Shown: positions 51,740 to 64,000 of the stretch, one piece after another
Position numbering within the stretch: position 1 is the first letter of the stretch
Layout of the letters: every line of letters begins with the position of its first letter
NCBI GenBank assembly: GCA_043228905.1
Contig: JBHGNT010000025.1
Span: forward strand, 124,001-188,000
Direction: 5' to 3'
Length of the DNA: 64,000 bases
Source of the DNA: Azolla caroliniana
Taxonomy: Eukaryota > Plantae > Polypodiophyta
Program-made: the position numbers and the translations under genes
The notes under the pieces: generated by a model
Database searches by the model: none
Seen by the model: the letters and a program-made list of their open reading frames with translations, nothing else
Told to the model about the DNA's origin: nothing

Positions 51740-54700
51740 GCTATTCTATGGAACTAAAAAATCAAGATTTTGAAACTCAGGTCGAGAGATATGAAGAAAT
51801 TAGCAATCTTGAGGAGGGAGTTGAGAGGAGCCCTTGAGTAAATTAAAATGTTCATACCTGGCTCGTGTGATATCGGATTTTTGTGTTCAAACATGCGAAT
51901 CGAAGCTCACAACGCTAGCTATGATATGGTATTAAAAAATCATGATTTTGAAATTGAGGTCGAGAGACATGAAGAAATTAGCAATCTTGAGGAGGGAGTT
52001 GAGAGGAGCCCTTGAGTACATTAAAATGTTCATACCTGGCACGTGTGATATCGGATTTTTGTGTTCAAACATGCGAATCGAAGCTAACAATGCTAGCTAT
52101 TATATGGAACTAAAAAATCAAGATTTTGAAACTCAGGTCGAGAGATATGAAGAAATTAGCAATCTTGAGGAGGGAGTTGAGAGGAGCACTTGAGTATATT
52201 AAAATGTTTATACCTGGCTCGTGTGATATCGGATTTTTGTGTTCAAACATGCGAATCGAAGCTAATCACGCTAGCTATGACATGTTATTAAAAAATCAAG
52301 ATTTTGAAACTCAGGTCGAGAGACATGACGAAATTACCTAATTTGAGGACTGAGTTGAGACGACCTAGTAGGTAAATTAAAATGTTCATACCTGGCTCGT
52401 GTGATATCGGATTTTTGTGTTCAAACATGCGAATCAAGCTAACAACGCTAGCTATTATATGGAACTAAAAAATCAAGATTTTGAAACTCAGGTCGAGAGA
52501 TATGAAGAAATTAGCAATCTTGAGGAGGGAGTTGAGAGGAGCCCTTGAGTACATTAAAATGTTCATACCTGGCGCGTGTGATATCGGATTTTTGTGTTCA
52601 AACATGCGAATCGAAGCTAACAATGCTAGCTATTATATGGAACTAAAAAATCAAGATTTTGAAACTCAGGTCGAGAGATATGAAGAAATTAGCAATCTTG
52701 AGGAGGGAGTTGAGAGGAGCCCTTGAGTACATTAAAATGTTCATACCTGGCGCGTATGATATCGTATTTTTGTGTTCAAACATGCGAATCGAAGCTAACA
52801 ACACTAGCTATTCTATGGAACTAAAAAATCAAGATTTTGAAACTCAGGTCGAGAGATATGAAGAAATTAGCAATCTTGAGGAGGGAGTTGAGAGGAGCCC
52901 TTGAGTAAATTAAAATGTTCATACCTGGCTCGTGTGATATCGGATTTTTGTGTTCAAACATGCGAATCGAAACTCACAACGCTAGCTATGATATGGTATT
53001 AAAAAATCATGATTTTGAAATTGAGGTCGAGAGACATGAAGAAATTAGCAATCTTGAGGAGGGAGTTGAGAGGAGCCCTTGAGTACATTAAAATGTTCAT
53101 ACCTGGCGCGTGTGATATCGGATTTTTGTGTTCAAACATGCGAATCGAAGCTAACAACACTAGCTATTCTATGGAACTAAAAAATCAAGATTTTGAAACT
53201 CAGGTCGAGAGATATGAAGAAATTAGCAATCTTGAGGAGGGAGTTGAGAGGAGCCCTTGAGTACATTAAAATGTTCATACCTGGCGCGTGTGATATCGTA
53301 TTTTTGTGTTCAAACATGCGAATCGAAGCTAACAACACTAGCTATTCTATGGAACTAAAAAATCAAGATTTTGAAACTCAGGTCGAGAGATATGAAGAAA
53401 TTAGCAATCTTGAGGAGGGAGTTGAGAGGAGCCCTTGAGTAAATTAAAATGTTCATACCTGGCTCGTGTGATATCGGATTTTTGTGTTCAAACATGCGAA
53501 TCGAAACTCACAACGCTAGCTATGATATGGTATTAAAAAATCATGATTTTGAAATTGAGGTCGAGAGACATGAAGAAATTAGCAATCTTGAGGAGGGAGT
53601 TGAGAGGAGCCCTTGAGTACATTAAAATGTTCATACCTGGCGCGTGTGATATCGGATTTTTGTGTTCAAACATGCGAATCGAAGCTAATCACGCTAGCTA
53701 TTCTATGGAACTAAAAAATCAAGATTTTGAAACTCAGGTCGAGAGATATGAAGAAATTAGCAATCTTGAGGAGGGAGTTGAGAGGAGCCCTTGAGTAAAT
53801 TAAAATGTTCATACCTGGCTCGTGTGATATCGGATTTTTGTGTTCAAACATGCGAATCGAAGCTCACAACGCTAGCTATGATATGGTATTAAAAAATCAT
53901 GATTTTGAAATTGAGGTCGAGAGACATGAAGAAATTAGCAATCTTGAGGAGGGAGTTGAGAGGAGCCCTTGAGTACATTAAAATGTTCATACCTGGCACG
54001 TGTGATATCGGATTTTTGTGTTCAAACATGCGAATCGAAGCTAACAATGCTAGCTATTATATGGAACTAAAAAATCAAGATTTTGAAACTCAGGTCGAGA
54101 GATATGAAGAAATTAGCAATCTTGAGGAGGGAGTTGAGAGGAGCACTTGAGTATATTAAAATGTTTATACCTGGCTCGTGTGATATCGGATTTTTGTGTT
54201 CAAACATGCGAATCGAAGCTAATCACGCTAGCTATGACATGTTATTAAAAAATCAAGATTTTGAAACTCAGGTCGAGAGACATGACGAAATTACCTAATT
54301 TGAGGACTGAGTTGAGACGACCTAGTAGGTAAATTAAAATGTTCATACCTGGCTCGTGTGATATCGGATTTTTGTGTTCAAACATGCGAATCAAGCTAAC
54401 AACGCTAGCTATTATATGGAACTAAAAAATCAAGATTTTGAAACTCAGGTCGAGAGATATGAAGAAATTAGCAATCTTGAGGAGGGAGTTGAGAGGAGCC
54501 CTTGAGTACATTAAAATGTTCATACCTGGCGCGTGTGATATCGGATTTTTGTGTTCAAACATGCGAATCGAAGCTAACAATGCTAGCTATTATATGGAAC
54601 TAAAAAATCAAGATTTTGAAACTCAGGTCGAGAGATATGAAGAAATTAGCAATCTTGAGGAGGGAGTTGAGAGGAGCCCTTGAGTACATTAAAATGTTCA

Positions 54701-57700
54701 TACCTGGCGCGTGTGATATCGTATTTTTGTGTTCAAACATGCGAATCGAAGCTAACAACACTAGCTATTCTATGGAACTAAAAAATCAAGATTTTGAAAC
54801 TCAGGTCGAGAGATATGAAGAAATTAGCAATCTTGAGGAGGGAGTTGAGAGGAGCCCTTGAGTAAATTAAAATGTTCATACCTGGCTCGTGTGATATCGG
54901 ATTTTTGTGTTCAAACATGCGAATCGAAACTCACAACGCTAGCTATGATATGGTATTAAAAAATCATGATTTTGAAATTGAGGTCGAGAGACATGAAGAA
55001 ATTAGCAATCTTGAGGAGGGAGTTGAGAGGAGCCCTTGAGTACATTAAAATGTTCATACCTGGCGCGTGTGATATCGGATTTTTGTGTTCAAACATGCGA
55101 ATCGAAGCTAACAACACTAGCTATTCTATGGAACTAAAAAATCAAGATTTTGAAACTCAGGTCGAGAGATATGAAGAAATTAGCAATCTTGAGGAGGGAG
55201 TTGAGAGGAGCCCTTGAGTACATTAAAATGTTCATACCTGGCGCGTGTGATATCGTATTTTTGTGTTCAAACATGCGAATCGAAGCTAACAACACTAGCT
55301 ATTCTATGGAACTAAAAAATCAAGATTTTGAAACTCAGGTCGAGAGATATGAAGAAATTAGCAATCTTGAGGAGGGAGTTGAGAGGAGCCCTTGAGTAAA
55401 TTAAAATGTTCATACCTGGCTCGTGTGATATCGGATTTTTGTGTTCAAACATGCGAATCGAAACTCACAACGCTAGCTATGATATGGTATTAAAAAATCA
55501 TGATTTTGAAATTGAGGTCGAGAGACATGAAGAAATTAGCAATCTTGAGGAGGGAGTTGAGAGGAGCCCTTGAGTACATTAAAATGTTCATACCTGGCGC
55601 GTGTGATATCGGATTTTTGTGTTCAAACATGCGAATCGAAGCTAATCACGCTAGCTATTCTATGGAACTAAAAAATCAAGATTTTGAAACTCAGGTCGAG
55701 AGATATGAAGAAATTAGCAATCTTGAGGAGGGAGTTGAGAGGAGCCCTTGAGTAAATTAAAATGTTCATACCTGGCTCGTGTGATATCGGATTTTTGTGT
55801 TCAAACATGCGAATCGAAGCTCACAACGCTAGCTATGATATGGTATTAAAAAATCATGATTTTGAAATTGAGGTCGAGAGACATGAAGAAATTAGCAATC
55901 TTGAGGAGGGAGTTGAGAGGAGCCCTTGAGTACATTAAAATGTTCATACCTGGCACGTGTGATATCGGATTTTTGTGTTCAAACATGCGAATCGAAGCTA
56001 ACAATGCTAGCTATTATATGGAACTAAAAAATCAAGATTTTGAAACTCAGGTCGAGAGATATGAAGAAATTAGCAATCTTGAGGAGGGAGTTGAGAGGAG
56101 CACTTGAGTATATTAAAATGTTTATACCTGGCTCGTGTGATATCGGATTTTTGTGTTCAAACATGCGAATCGAAGCTAATCACGCTAGCTATGACATGTT
56201 ATTAAAAAATCAAGATTTTGAAACTCAGGTCGAGAGACATGACGAAATTACCTAATTTGAGGACTGAGTTGAGACGACCTAGTAGGTAAATTAAAATGTT
56301 CATACCTGGCTCGTGTGATATCGGATTTTTGTGTTCAAACATGCGAATCAAGCTAACAACGCTAGCTATTATATGGAACTAAAAAATCAAGATTTTGAAA
56401 CTCAGGTCGAGAGATATGAAGAAATTAGCAATCTTGAGGAGGGAGTTGAGAGGAGCCCTTGAGTACATTAAAATGTTCATACCTGGCGCGTGTGATATCG
56501 GATTTTTGTGTTCAAACATGCGAATCGAAGCTAACAATGCTAGCTATTATATGGAACTAAAAAATCAAGATTTTGAAACTCAGGTCGAGAGATATGAAGA
56601 AATTAGCAATCTTGAGGAGGGAGTTGAGAGGAGCCCTTGAGTACATTAAAATGTTCATACCTGGCGCGTGTGATATCGTATTTTTGTGTTCAAACATGCG
56701 AATCGAAGCTAACAACACTAGCTATTCTATGGAACTAAAAAATCAAGATTTTGAAACTCAGGTCGAGAGATATGAAGAAATTAGCAATCTTGAGGAGGGA
56801 GTTGAGAGGAGCCCTTGAGTAAATTAAAATGTTCATACCTGGCTCGTGTGATATCGGATTTTTGTGTTCAAACATGCGAATCGAAACTCACAACGCTAGC
56901 TATGATATGGTATTAAAAAATCATGATTTTGAAATTGAGGTCGAGAGACATGAAGAAATTAGCAATCTTGAGGAGGGAGTTGAGAGGAGCCCTTGAGTAC
57001 ATTAAAATGTTCATACCTGGCGCGTGTGATATCGGATTTTTGTGTTCAAACATGCGAATCGAAGCTAACAACACTAGCTATTCTATGGAACTAAAAAATC
57101 AAGATTTTGAAACTCAGGTCGAGAGATATGAAGAAATTAGCAATCTTGAGGAGGGAGTTGAGAGGAGCCCTTGAGTACATTAAAATGTTCATACCTGGCG
57201 CGTGTGATATCGTATTTTTGTGTTCAAACATGCGAATCGAAGCTAACAACACTAGCTATTCTATGGAACTAAAAAATCAAGATTTTGAAACTCAGGTCGA
57301 GAGATATGAAGAAATTAGCAATCTTGAGGAGGGAGTTGAGAGGAGCCCTTGAGTAAATTAAAATGTTCATACCTGGCTCGTGTGATATCGGATTTTTGTG
57401 TTCAAACATGCGAATCGAAACTCACAACGCTAGCTATGATATGGTATTAAAAAATCATGATTTTGAAATTGAGGTCGAGAGACATGAAGAAATTAGCAAT
57501 CTTGAGGAGGGAGTTGAGAGGAGCCCTTGAGTACATTAAAATGTTCATACCTGGCGCGTGTGATATCGGATTTTTGTGTTCAAACATGCGAATCGAAGCT
57601 AATCACGCTAGCTATTCTATGGAACTAAAAAATCAAGATTTTGAAACTCAGGTCGAGAGATATGAAGAAATTAGCAATCTTGAGGAGGGAGTTGAGAGGA

Positions 57701-59025
57701 GCCCTTGAGTAAATTAAAATGTTCATACCTGGCTCGTGTGATATCGGATTTTTGTGTTCAAACATGCGAATCGAAGCTCACAACGCTAGCTATGATATGG
57801 TATTAAAAAATCATGATTTTGAAATTGAGGTCGAGAGACATGAAGAAATTAGCAATCTTGAGGAGGGAGTTGAGAGGAGCCCTTGAGTACATTAAAATGT
57901 TCATACCTGGCACGTGTGATATCGGATTTTTGTGTTCAAACATGCGAATCGAAGCTAACAATGCTAGCTATTATATGGAACTAAAAAATCAAGATTTTGA
58001 AACTCAGGTCGAGAGATATGAAGAAATTAGCAATCTTGAGGAGGGAGTTGAGAGGAGCACTTGAGTATATTAAAATGTTTATACCTGGCTCGTGTGATAT
58101 CGGATTTTTGTGTTCAAACATGCGAATCGAAGCTAATCACGCTAGCTATGACATGTTATTAAAAAATCAAGATTTTGAAACTCAGGTCGAGAGACATGAC
58201 GAAATTACCTAATTTGAGGACTGAGTTGAGACGACCTAGTAGGTAAATTAAAATGTTCATACCTGGCTCGTGTGATATCGGATTTTTGTGTTCAAACATG
58301 CGAATCAAGCTAACAACGCTAGCTATTATATGGAACTAAAAAATCAAGATTTTGAAACTCAGGTCGAGAGATATGATGAAATTAGCAATCTTGAGGAGGG
58401 AGTTGAGAGGAGCCCTTGAGTACATTAAAATGTTCATACCTGGCGCGTGTGATATCGGATTTTTGTGTTCAAACATGCGAATCGAAGCTAACAATGCTAG
58501 CTATTATATGGAACTAAAAAATCAAGATTTTGAAACTCAGGTCGAGAGATATGAAGAAATTAGCAATCTTGAGGAGGGAGTTGAGAGGAGCCCTTGAGTA
58601 CATTAAAATGTTCATACCTGGCGCGTGTGATATCGTATTTTTGTGTTCAAACATGCGAATCGAAGCTAACAACACTAGCTATTCTATGGAACTAAAAAAT
58701 CAAGATTTTGAAACTCAGGTCGAGAGATATGAAGAAATTAGCAATCTTGAGGAGGGAGTTGAGAGGAGCCCTTGAGTAAATTAAAATGTTCATACCTGGC
58801 TCGTGTGATATCGGATTTTTGTGTTCAAACATGCGAATCGAAACTCACAACGCTAGCTATGATATGGTATTAAAAAATCATGATTTTGAAATTGAGGTCG
58901 AGAGACATGAAGAAATTAGCAATCTTGAGGAGGGAGTTGAGAGGAGCCCTTGAGTACATTAAAATGTTCATACCTGGCGCGTGTGATATCGGATTTTTGT
59001 GTTCAAACATGCGAATCGAAGCTAA
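51740..59025 (+). repeat. 11-mer HOR (1957 bp), about 3.7 near-identical copies
   Basis: ORFs 52126/54083/56040/57997 and 51942/53899/55856/57813. The chimeric marker AATCACGCTAGCTATTCT is at 53687, 55644 and 57601. Confidence 0.9.
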
Positions 59026-62000
59026 CAACGCTAGCTATGACATGGTATTAAAAAATCAAGATTTTGAAACTCAGGTCGAGAGATATGAAGAAATTACCTA
59101 CTTTGAGGAGGGAGTTGAGAGGAGCCCTTGAGTAAATTAAAATGTTCATACCTGGCTCGTGTGATATCGGATTTTTGTGTTCAAACATGCGAATCGAAGC
59201 TAATCACGCTAGCTATGACATGTTATTAAAAAATCAAGATTTTGAAACTCAGGTCGAGAGACATGACGAAATTACCTAATTTGAGGACTGAGTTGAGACG
59301 ACGTAGTAGGTAAATTAAAATGTTCATACCTTGCTCGTGTGATATCGTATTTTTGTGTTCAAACATGCGAATCAAGCTAACAACGCTAGCTATTCTATGG
59401 AACTAAAAAATCAAGATTTTGAAACTCAGGTCGAGAGATATGAAGAAATTAGCAATCTTGAGGAGGGAGTTGAGAGGAGCCCTTGAGTACATTAAAATGT
59501 TCATACCTGGCGCGTGTGATATCGGATTTTTGTGTTCAAACATGCGAATCGAAGCTAACAATGCTAGCCATTATATGGAACTAAAAAATCAAGATTTTGA
59601 AACTCAGGTCGAGAGATATGAAGAAATTAGCAATCTTGAGGAGGGAGTTGAGAGGAGCCCTTGAGTACATTAAAATGTTCATACCTTGCGCGTGTGATAT
59701 CGGATTTTTGTGTTCAAACATGCGAATCGAAGCTAACAATGCTAGCTATTATATGGAACTAAAAAATCAAGATTTTGAAACTCAGGTCGAGAGATATGAA
59801 GAAATTAGCAATCTTGAGGAGGGAGTTGAGAGGAGCCCTTGAGTAAATTAAAATGTTCATACCTGGCGCGTGTGATATCGGATTTTTGTGTTCAAACATG
59901 CGAATCGAAGCTAACAACGCTAGCTATGACATGGTATTAAAAAATCAAGATTTTGAAACTCAGGTCGAGAGATATGAAGAAATTACCTACTTTGAGGAGG
60001 GAGTTGAGAGGAGCCCTTGAGTAAATTAAAATGTTCATACCTGGCTCGTGTGATATCGGATTTTTGTGTTCAAACATGCGAATCGAAGCTAATTACGCTA
60101 GCTATGACATGTTATTAAAAAATCAAGATTTTGAAACTCAGGTCGAGAGACATGACGAAATTACCTAATTTGAGGACTGAGTTGAGACGACCTAGTAGGT
60201 AAATTAAAATGTTCATACCTGGCTCGTGTGATATCGGATTTTTGTGTTCAAACATGCGAATCAAGCTAACAACGCTAGCTATTCTATGGAACTAAAAAAT
60301 CAAGATTTTGAAACTCAGGTCGAGAGATATGAAGAAATTAGCAATCTTGAGGAGGGAGTTGAGAGGAGCCCTTGAGTACATTAAAATGTTCATACCTGGC
60401 GCGTGTGATATCGGATTTTTGTGTTCAAACATGCGAATCGAAGCTAACAATGCTAGCTATTATATGGAACTAAAAAATCAAGATTTTGAAACTCAGGTCG
60501 AGAGATATGAAGAAATTAGCAATCTTGAGGAGGGAGTTGAGAGGAGCCCTTGAGTACATTAAAATGTTCATACCTGGCGCGTGTGATATCGTATTTTTGT
60601 GTTCAAACATGCGAATCGAAGCTAACAACACTAGCTATTCTATGGAACTAAAAAATCAAGATTTTGAAACTCAGGTCGAGAGATATGAAGAAATTAGCAA
60701 TCTTGAGGAGGGAGTTGAGAGGAGCCCTTGAGTAAATTAAAATGTTCATACCTGGCTCGTGTGATATCGGATTTTTGTGTTCAAACATGCGAATCGAAAC
60801 TCACAACGCTAGCTATGATATGGTATTAAAAAATCATGATTTTGAAATTGAGGTCGAGAGACATGAAGAAATTAGCAATCTTGAGGAGGGAGTTGAGAGG
60901 AGCCCTTGAGTACATTAAAATGTTCATACCTGGCGCGTGTGATATCGGATTTTTGTGTTCAAACATGCGAATCGAAGCTAACAACGCTAGCTATGACATG
61001 GTATTAAAAAATCAAGATTTTGAAACTCAGGTCGAGAGATATGAAGAAATTACCTACTTTGAGGAGGGAGTTGAGAGGAGCCCTTGAGTAAATTAAAATG
61101 TTCATACCTGGCTCGTGTGATATCGGATTTTTGTGTTCAAACATGCGAATCGAAGCTAATCACGCTAGCTATGACATGTTATTAAAAAATCAAGATTTTG
61201 AAACTCAGGTCGAGAGACATGACGAAATTACCTAATTTGAGGAGGGAGTTGAGAGGAGCCCTTGAGTAAATTAAAATGTTCATACCTGGCTCGTGTGATA
61301 TCGGATTTTTGTGTTCAAACATGCGAATCAAGCTAACAACGCTAGCTATTATATGGAACTAAAAAATCAAGATTTTGAAACTCAGGTCGAGAGATATGAA
61401 GAAATTAGCAATCTTGAGGAGGGAGTTGAGAGGAGCCCTTGAGTACATTAAAATGTTCATACCTGGCGCGTGTGATATCGGATTTTTGTGTTCAAACATG
61501 CGAATCGAAGCTAACAATGCTAGCTATTCTATGGAACTAAAAAATCAAGATTTTGAAACTCAGGTCGAGAGATATGAAGAAATTAGCAATCTTGAGGAGG
61601 GAGTTGAGAGGAGCCCTTGAGTACATTAAAATGTTCATACCTGGCGCGTGTGATATCGTATTTTTGTGTTCAAACATGCGAATCGAAGCTAACAACACTA
61701 GCTATTCTATGGAACTAAAAAATCAAGATTTTGAAACTCAGGTCGAGAGATATGAAGAAATTAGCAATCTTGAGGAGGGAGTTGAGAGGAGCCCTTGAGT
61801 ACATTAAAATGTTCATACCTTGCGCGTGTGATATCGGATTTTTGTGTTCAAACATGCGAATCGAAGCTAACAATGCTAGCTATTATATGGAACTAAAAAA
61901 TCAAGATTTTGAAACTCAGGTTGAGAGATATGAAGAAATTAGCAATCTTGAGGAGGGAGTTGAGAGGAGCCCTTGAGTACATTAAAATGTTCATACCTGG

Positions 62001-64000
62001 CGCGTGTGATATCGGATTTTTGTGTTCAAACATGCGAATCGAAGCTAACAATGCTAGCTATTATATGGAACTAAAAAATCAAGATTTTGAAACTCAGGTC
62101 GAGAGATATGAAGAAATTAGCAATCTTGAGGAGGGAGTTGAGAGGAGCCCTTGAGTACATTAAAATGTTCATACCTGGCGCGTGTGATATCGGATTTTTG
62201 TGTTCAAACATGCGAATCGAAGCTAACAACACTAGCTATTCTATGGAACTAAAAAATCAAGATTTTGAAACTCAGGTCGAGAGATATGAAGAAATTAGCA
62301 ATCTTGAGGAGGGAGTTGAGAGGAGCCCTTCAGTAAATTAAAATGTTCATACCTGGCTCGTGTGATATCGGATTTTTGTGTTCAAACATGCGAATCGAAG
62401 CTAACAATGCTAGCTATTATATGGAACTAAAAAATCAAGATTTTGAAACTCAGGTCGAGAGATATGAAGAAATTAGCAATCTTGAGGAGGGAGTTGAGAG
62501 GAGCACTTGAGTATATTAAAATGTTTATACCTGGCTCGTGTGATATCGGATTTTTGTGTTCAAACATGCGAATCGAAGCTAATCACGCTAGCTATGACAT
62601 GTTATTAAAAAATCAAGATTTTGAAACTCAGGTCGAGAGACATGACGAAATTACCTAATTTGAGGACTGAGTTGAGACGACCTAGTAGGTAAATTAAAAT
62701 GTTCATACCTGGCTCGTGTGATATCGTATTTTTGTGTTCAAACATGCGAATCAAGCTAACAACGCTAGCTATTATATGGAACTAAAAAATCAAGATTTTG
62801 AAACTCAGGTCGAGAGATATGAAGAAATTAGCAATCTTGAGGAGGGAGTTGAGAGGAGCCCTTGAGTACATTAAAATGTTCATACCTGGCGCGTGTGATA
62901 TCGGATTTTTGTGTTCAAACATGCGAATCGAAGCTAACAATGCTAGCTATTATATGGAACTAAAAAATCAAGATTTTGAAACTCAGGTCGAGAGATATGA
63001 AGAAATTAGCAATCTTTAGGAGGGAGTTGAGAGGAGCCCTTGAGTACATTAAAATGTTCATACCTGGCGCGTGTGATATCGTATTTTTGTGTTCAAACAT
63101 GCGAATCGAAGCTAACAACACTAGCTATTCTATGGAACTAAAAAATCAAGATTTTGAAACTCAGGTCGAGAGATATGAAGAAATTAGCAATCTTGAGGAG
63201 GGAGTTGAGAGGAGCCCTTGAGTAAATTAAAATGTTCATACCTGGCTCGTGTGATATCGGATTTTTGTGTTCAAACATGCGAATCGAAGCTCACAACGCT
63301 AGCTATGATATGGTATTAAAAAATCATGATTTTGAAATTGAGGTCGAGAGACATGAAGAAATTAGCAATCTTGAGGAGGGAGTTGAGAGGAGCCCTTGAG
63401 TACATTAAAATGTTCATACCTGGCACGTGTGATATCGGATTTTTGTGTTCAAACATGCGAATCGAAGCTAACAATGCTAGCTATTATATGGAACTAAAAA
63501 ATCAAGATTTTGAAACTCAGGTCGAGAGATATGAAGAAATTAGCAATCTTGAGGAGGGAGTTGAGAGGAGCACTTGAGTATATTAAAATGTTTATACCTG
63601 GCTCGTGTGATATCGGATTTTTGTGTTCAAACATGCGAATCGAAGCTAATCACGCTAGCTATGACATGTTATTAAAAAATCAAGATTTTGAAACTCAGGT
63701 CGAGAGACATGACGAAATTACCTAATTTGAGGACTGAGTTGAGACGACCTAGTAGGTAAATTAAAATGTTCATACCTGGCTCGTGTGATATCGGATTTTT
63801 GTGTTCAAACATGCGAATCAAGCTAACAACGCTAGCTATTATATGGAACTAAAAAATCAAGATTTTGAAACTCAGGTCGAGAGATATGAAGAAATTAGCA
63901 ATCTTGAGGAGGGAGTTGAGAGGAGCCCTTGAGTGCATTAAAATGTTCATACCTGGCGCGTGTGATATCGGATTTTTGTGTTCAAACATGCGAATCGAAG

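Larger units (their letters stand above)
1..64000 (+). repeat. Tandem satellite array, 178-bp monomer, about 360 head-to-tail copies, likely centromeric/pericentromeric; runs off both window ends
   Basis: GATATC at 1, 179, 357, 535 and onward. The motif GAGGAGGGAGTTGAGAGGAGCCCTTGAGTA or a close variant recurs every 178 bp (177 bp in 1-bp-deletion monomers) to the window end. ORF starts are spaced in multiples of 178. No unique sequence or reverse-orientation monomer was seen. Centromeric role is inference only. Confidence 0.98.

Noticed and set aside
80-63725. Hundreds of 61-84 aa ORFs (MKLRSRDMKKLAIL...) as a tandem small-protein gene family
   Set aside because: 178 is not a multiple of 3, so each ORF simply reads about 1.4 monomers, shifts frame relative to the repeat and overlaps the next ORF. 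Many start at TTG. Common variants introduce stops (GAGTAA) and frameshifts freely, and I recognise no domain.
1-64000. CRISPR array or other repeat-spacer/variable-cassette system
   Set aside because: There are no unique spacers. The whole 178-bp unit is repeated with only a few recurring alleles, and there are no cas or recombinase genes.
1-64000. 5S rDNA, tRNA/snRNA tandem gene array or telomeric repeat
   Set aside because: There is no 5S coding sequence, cloverleaf, recognisable snRNA or telomere motif in the monomer.
1-64000. Synthetic concatemer or pure assembly artefact
   Set aside because: Hierarchical shared variants, private SNPs, CpG-type transitions and complex indel scars look like natural evolution. 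The exact copy number of near-identical HORs still needs read confirmation.

Overview
The whole 64-kb window is one uninterrupted head-to-tail tandem satellite array. It holds about 360 copies of a 178-bp monomer, all on the same strand, at about 39% GC by hand count of one monomer. One representative monomer is TTCATACCTGGCGCGTGTGATATCGGATTTTTGTGTTCAAACATGCGAATCGAAGCTAACAACGCTAGCTATGACATGGTATTAAAAAATCAAGATTTTGAAACTCAGGTCGAGAGATATGAAGAAATTAGCAATCTTGAGGAGGGAGTTGAGAGGAGCCCTTGAGTACATTAAAATG. Monomer length, homogeneity and higher-order repeat (HOR) structure fit a eukaryotic (peri)centromeric satellite, plausibly from a plant. I cannot assign the species, and it does not match the Arabidopsis CEN178 sequence as I know it. 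I find no genes, RNA genes, transposon insertions or CRISPR arrays, and all ORFs in the track are repeat artefacts. The interest lies in four things: (i) a 123-bp co-centred dyad inside each monomer plus a 55-bp purine-rich linker; (ii) nested local HORs (2, 3, 5, 7, 8, 9, 11, 17 and 18-mers) and non-adjacent block duplications at 7-28 kb offsets; (iii) deletion scars with locally templated filler DNA; (iv) linked variant clusters that create inverted repeats, CpG-decay variants, and a change in variant content near 41 kb. HOR boundaries were estimated by eye and are approximate to about one monomer.
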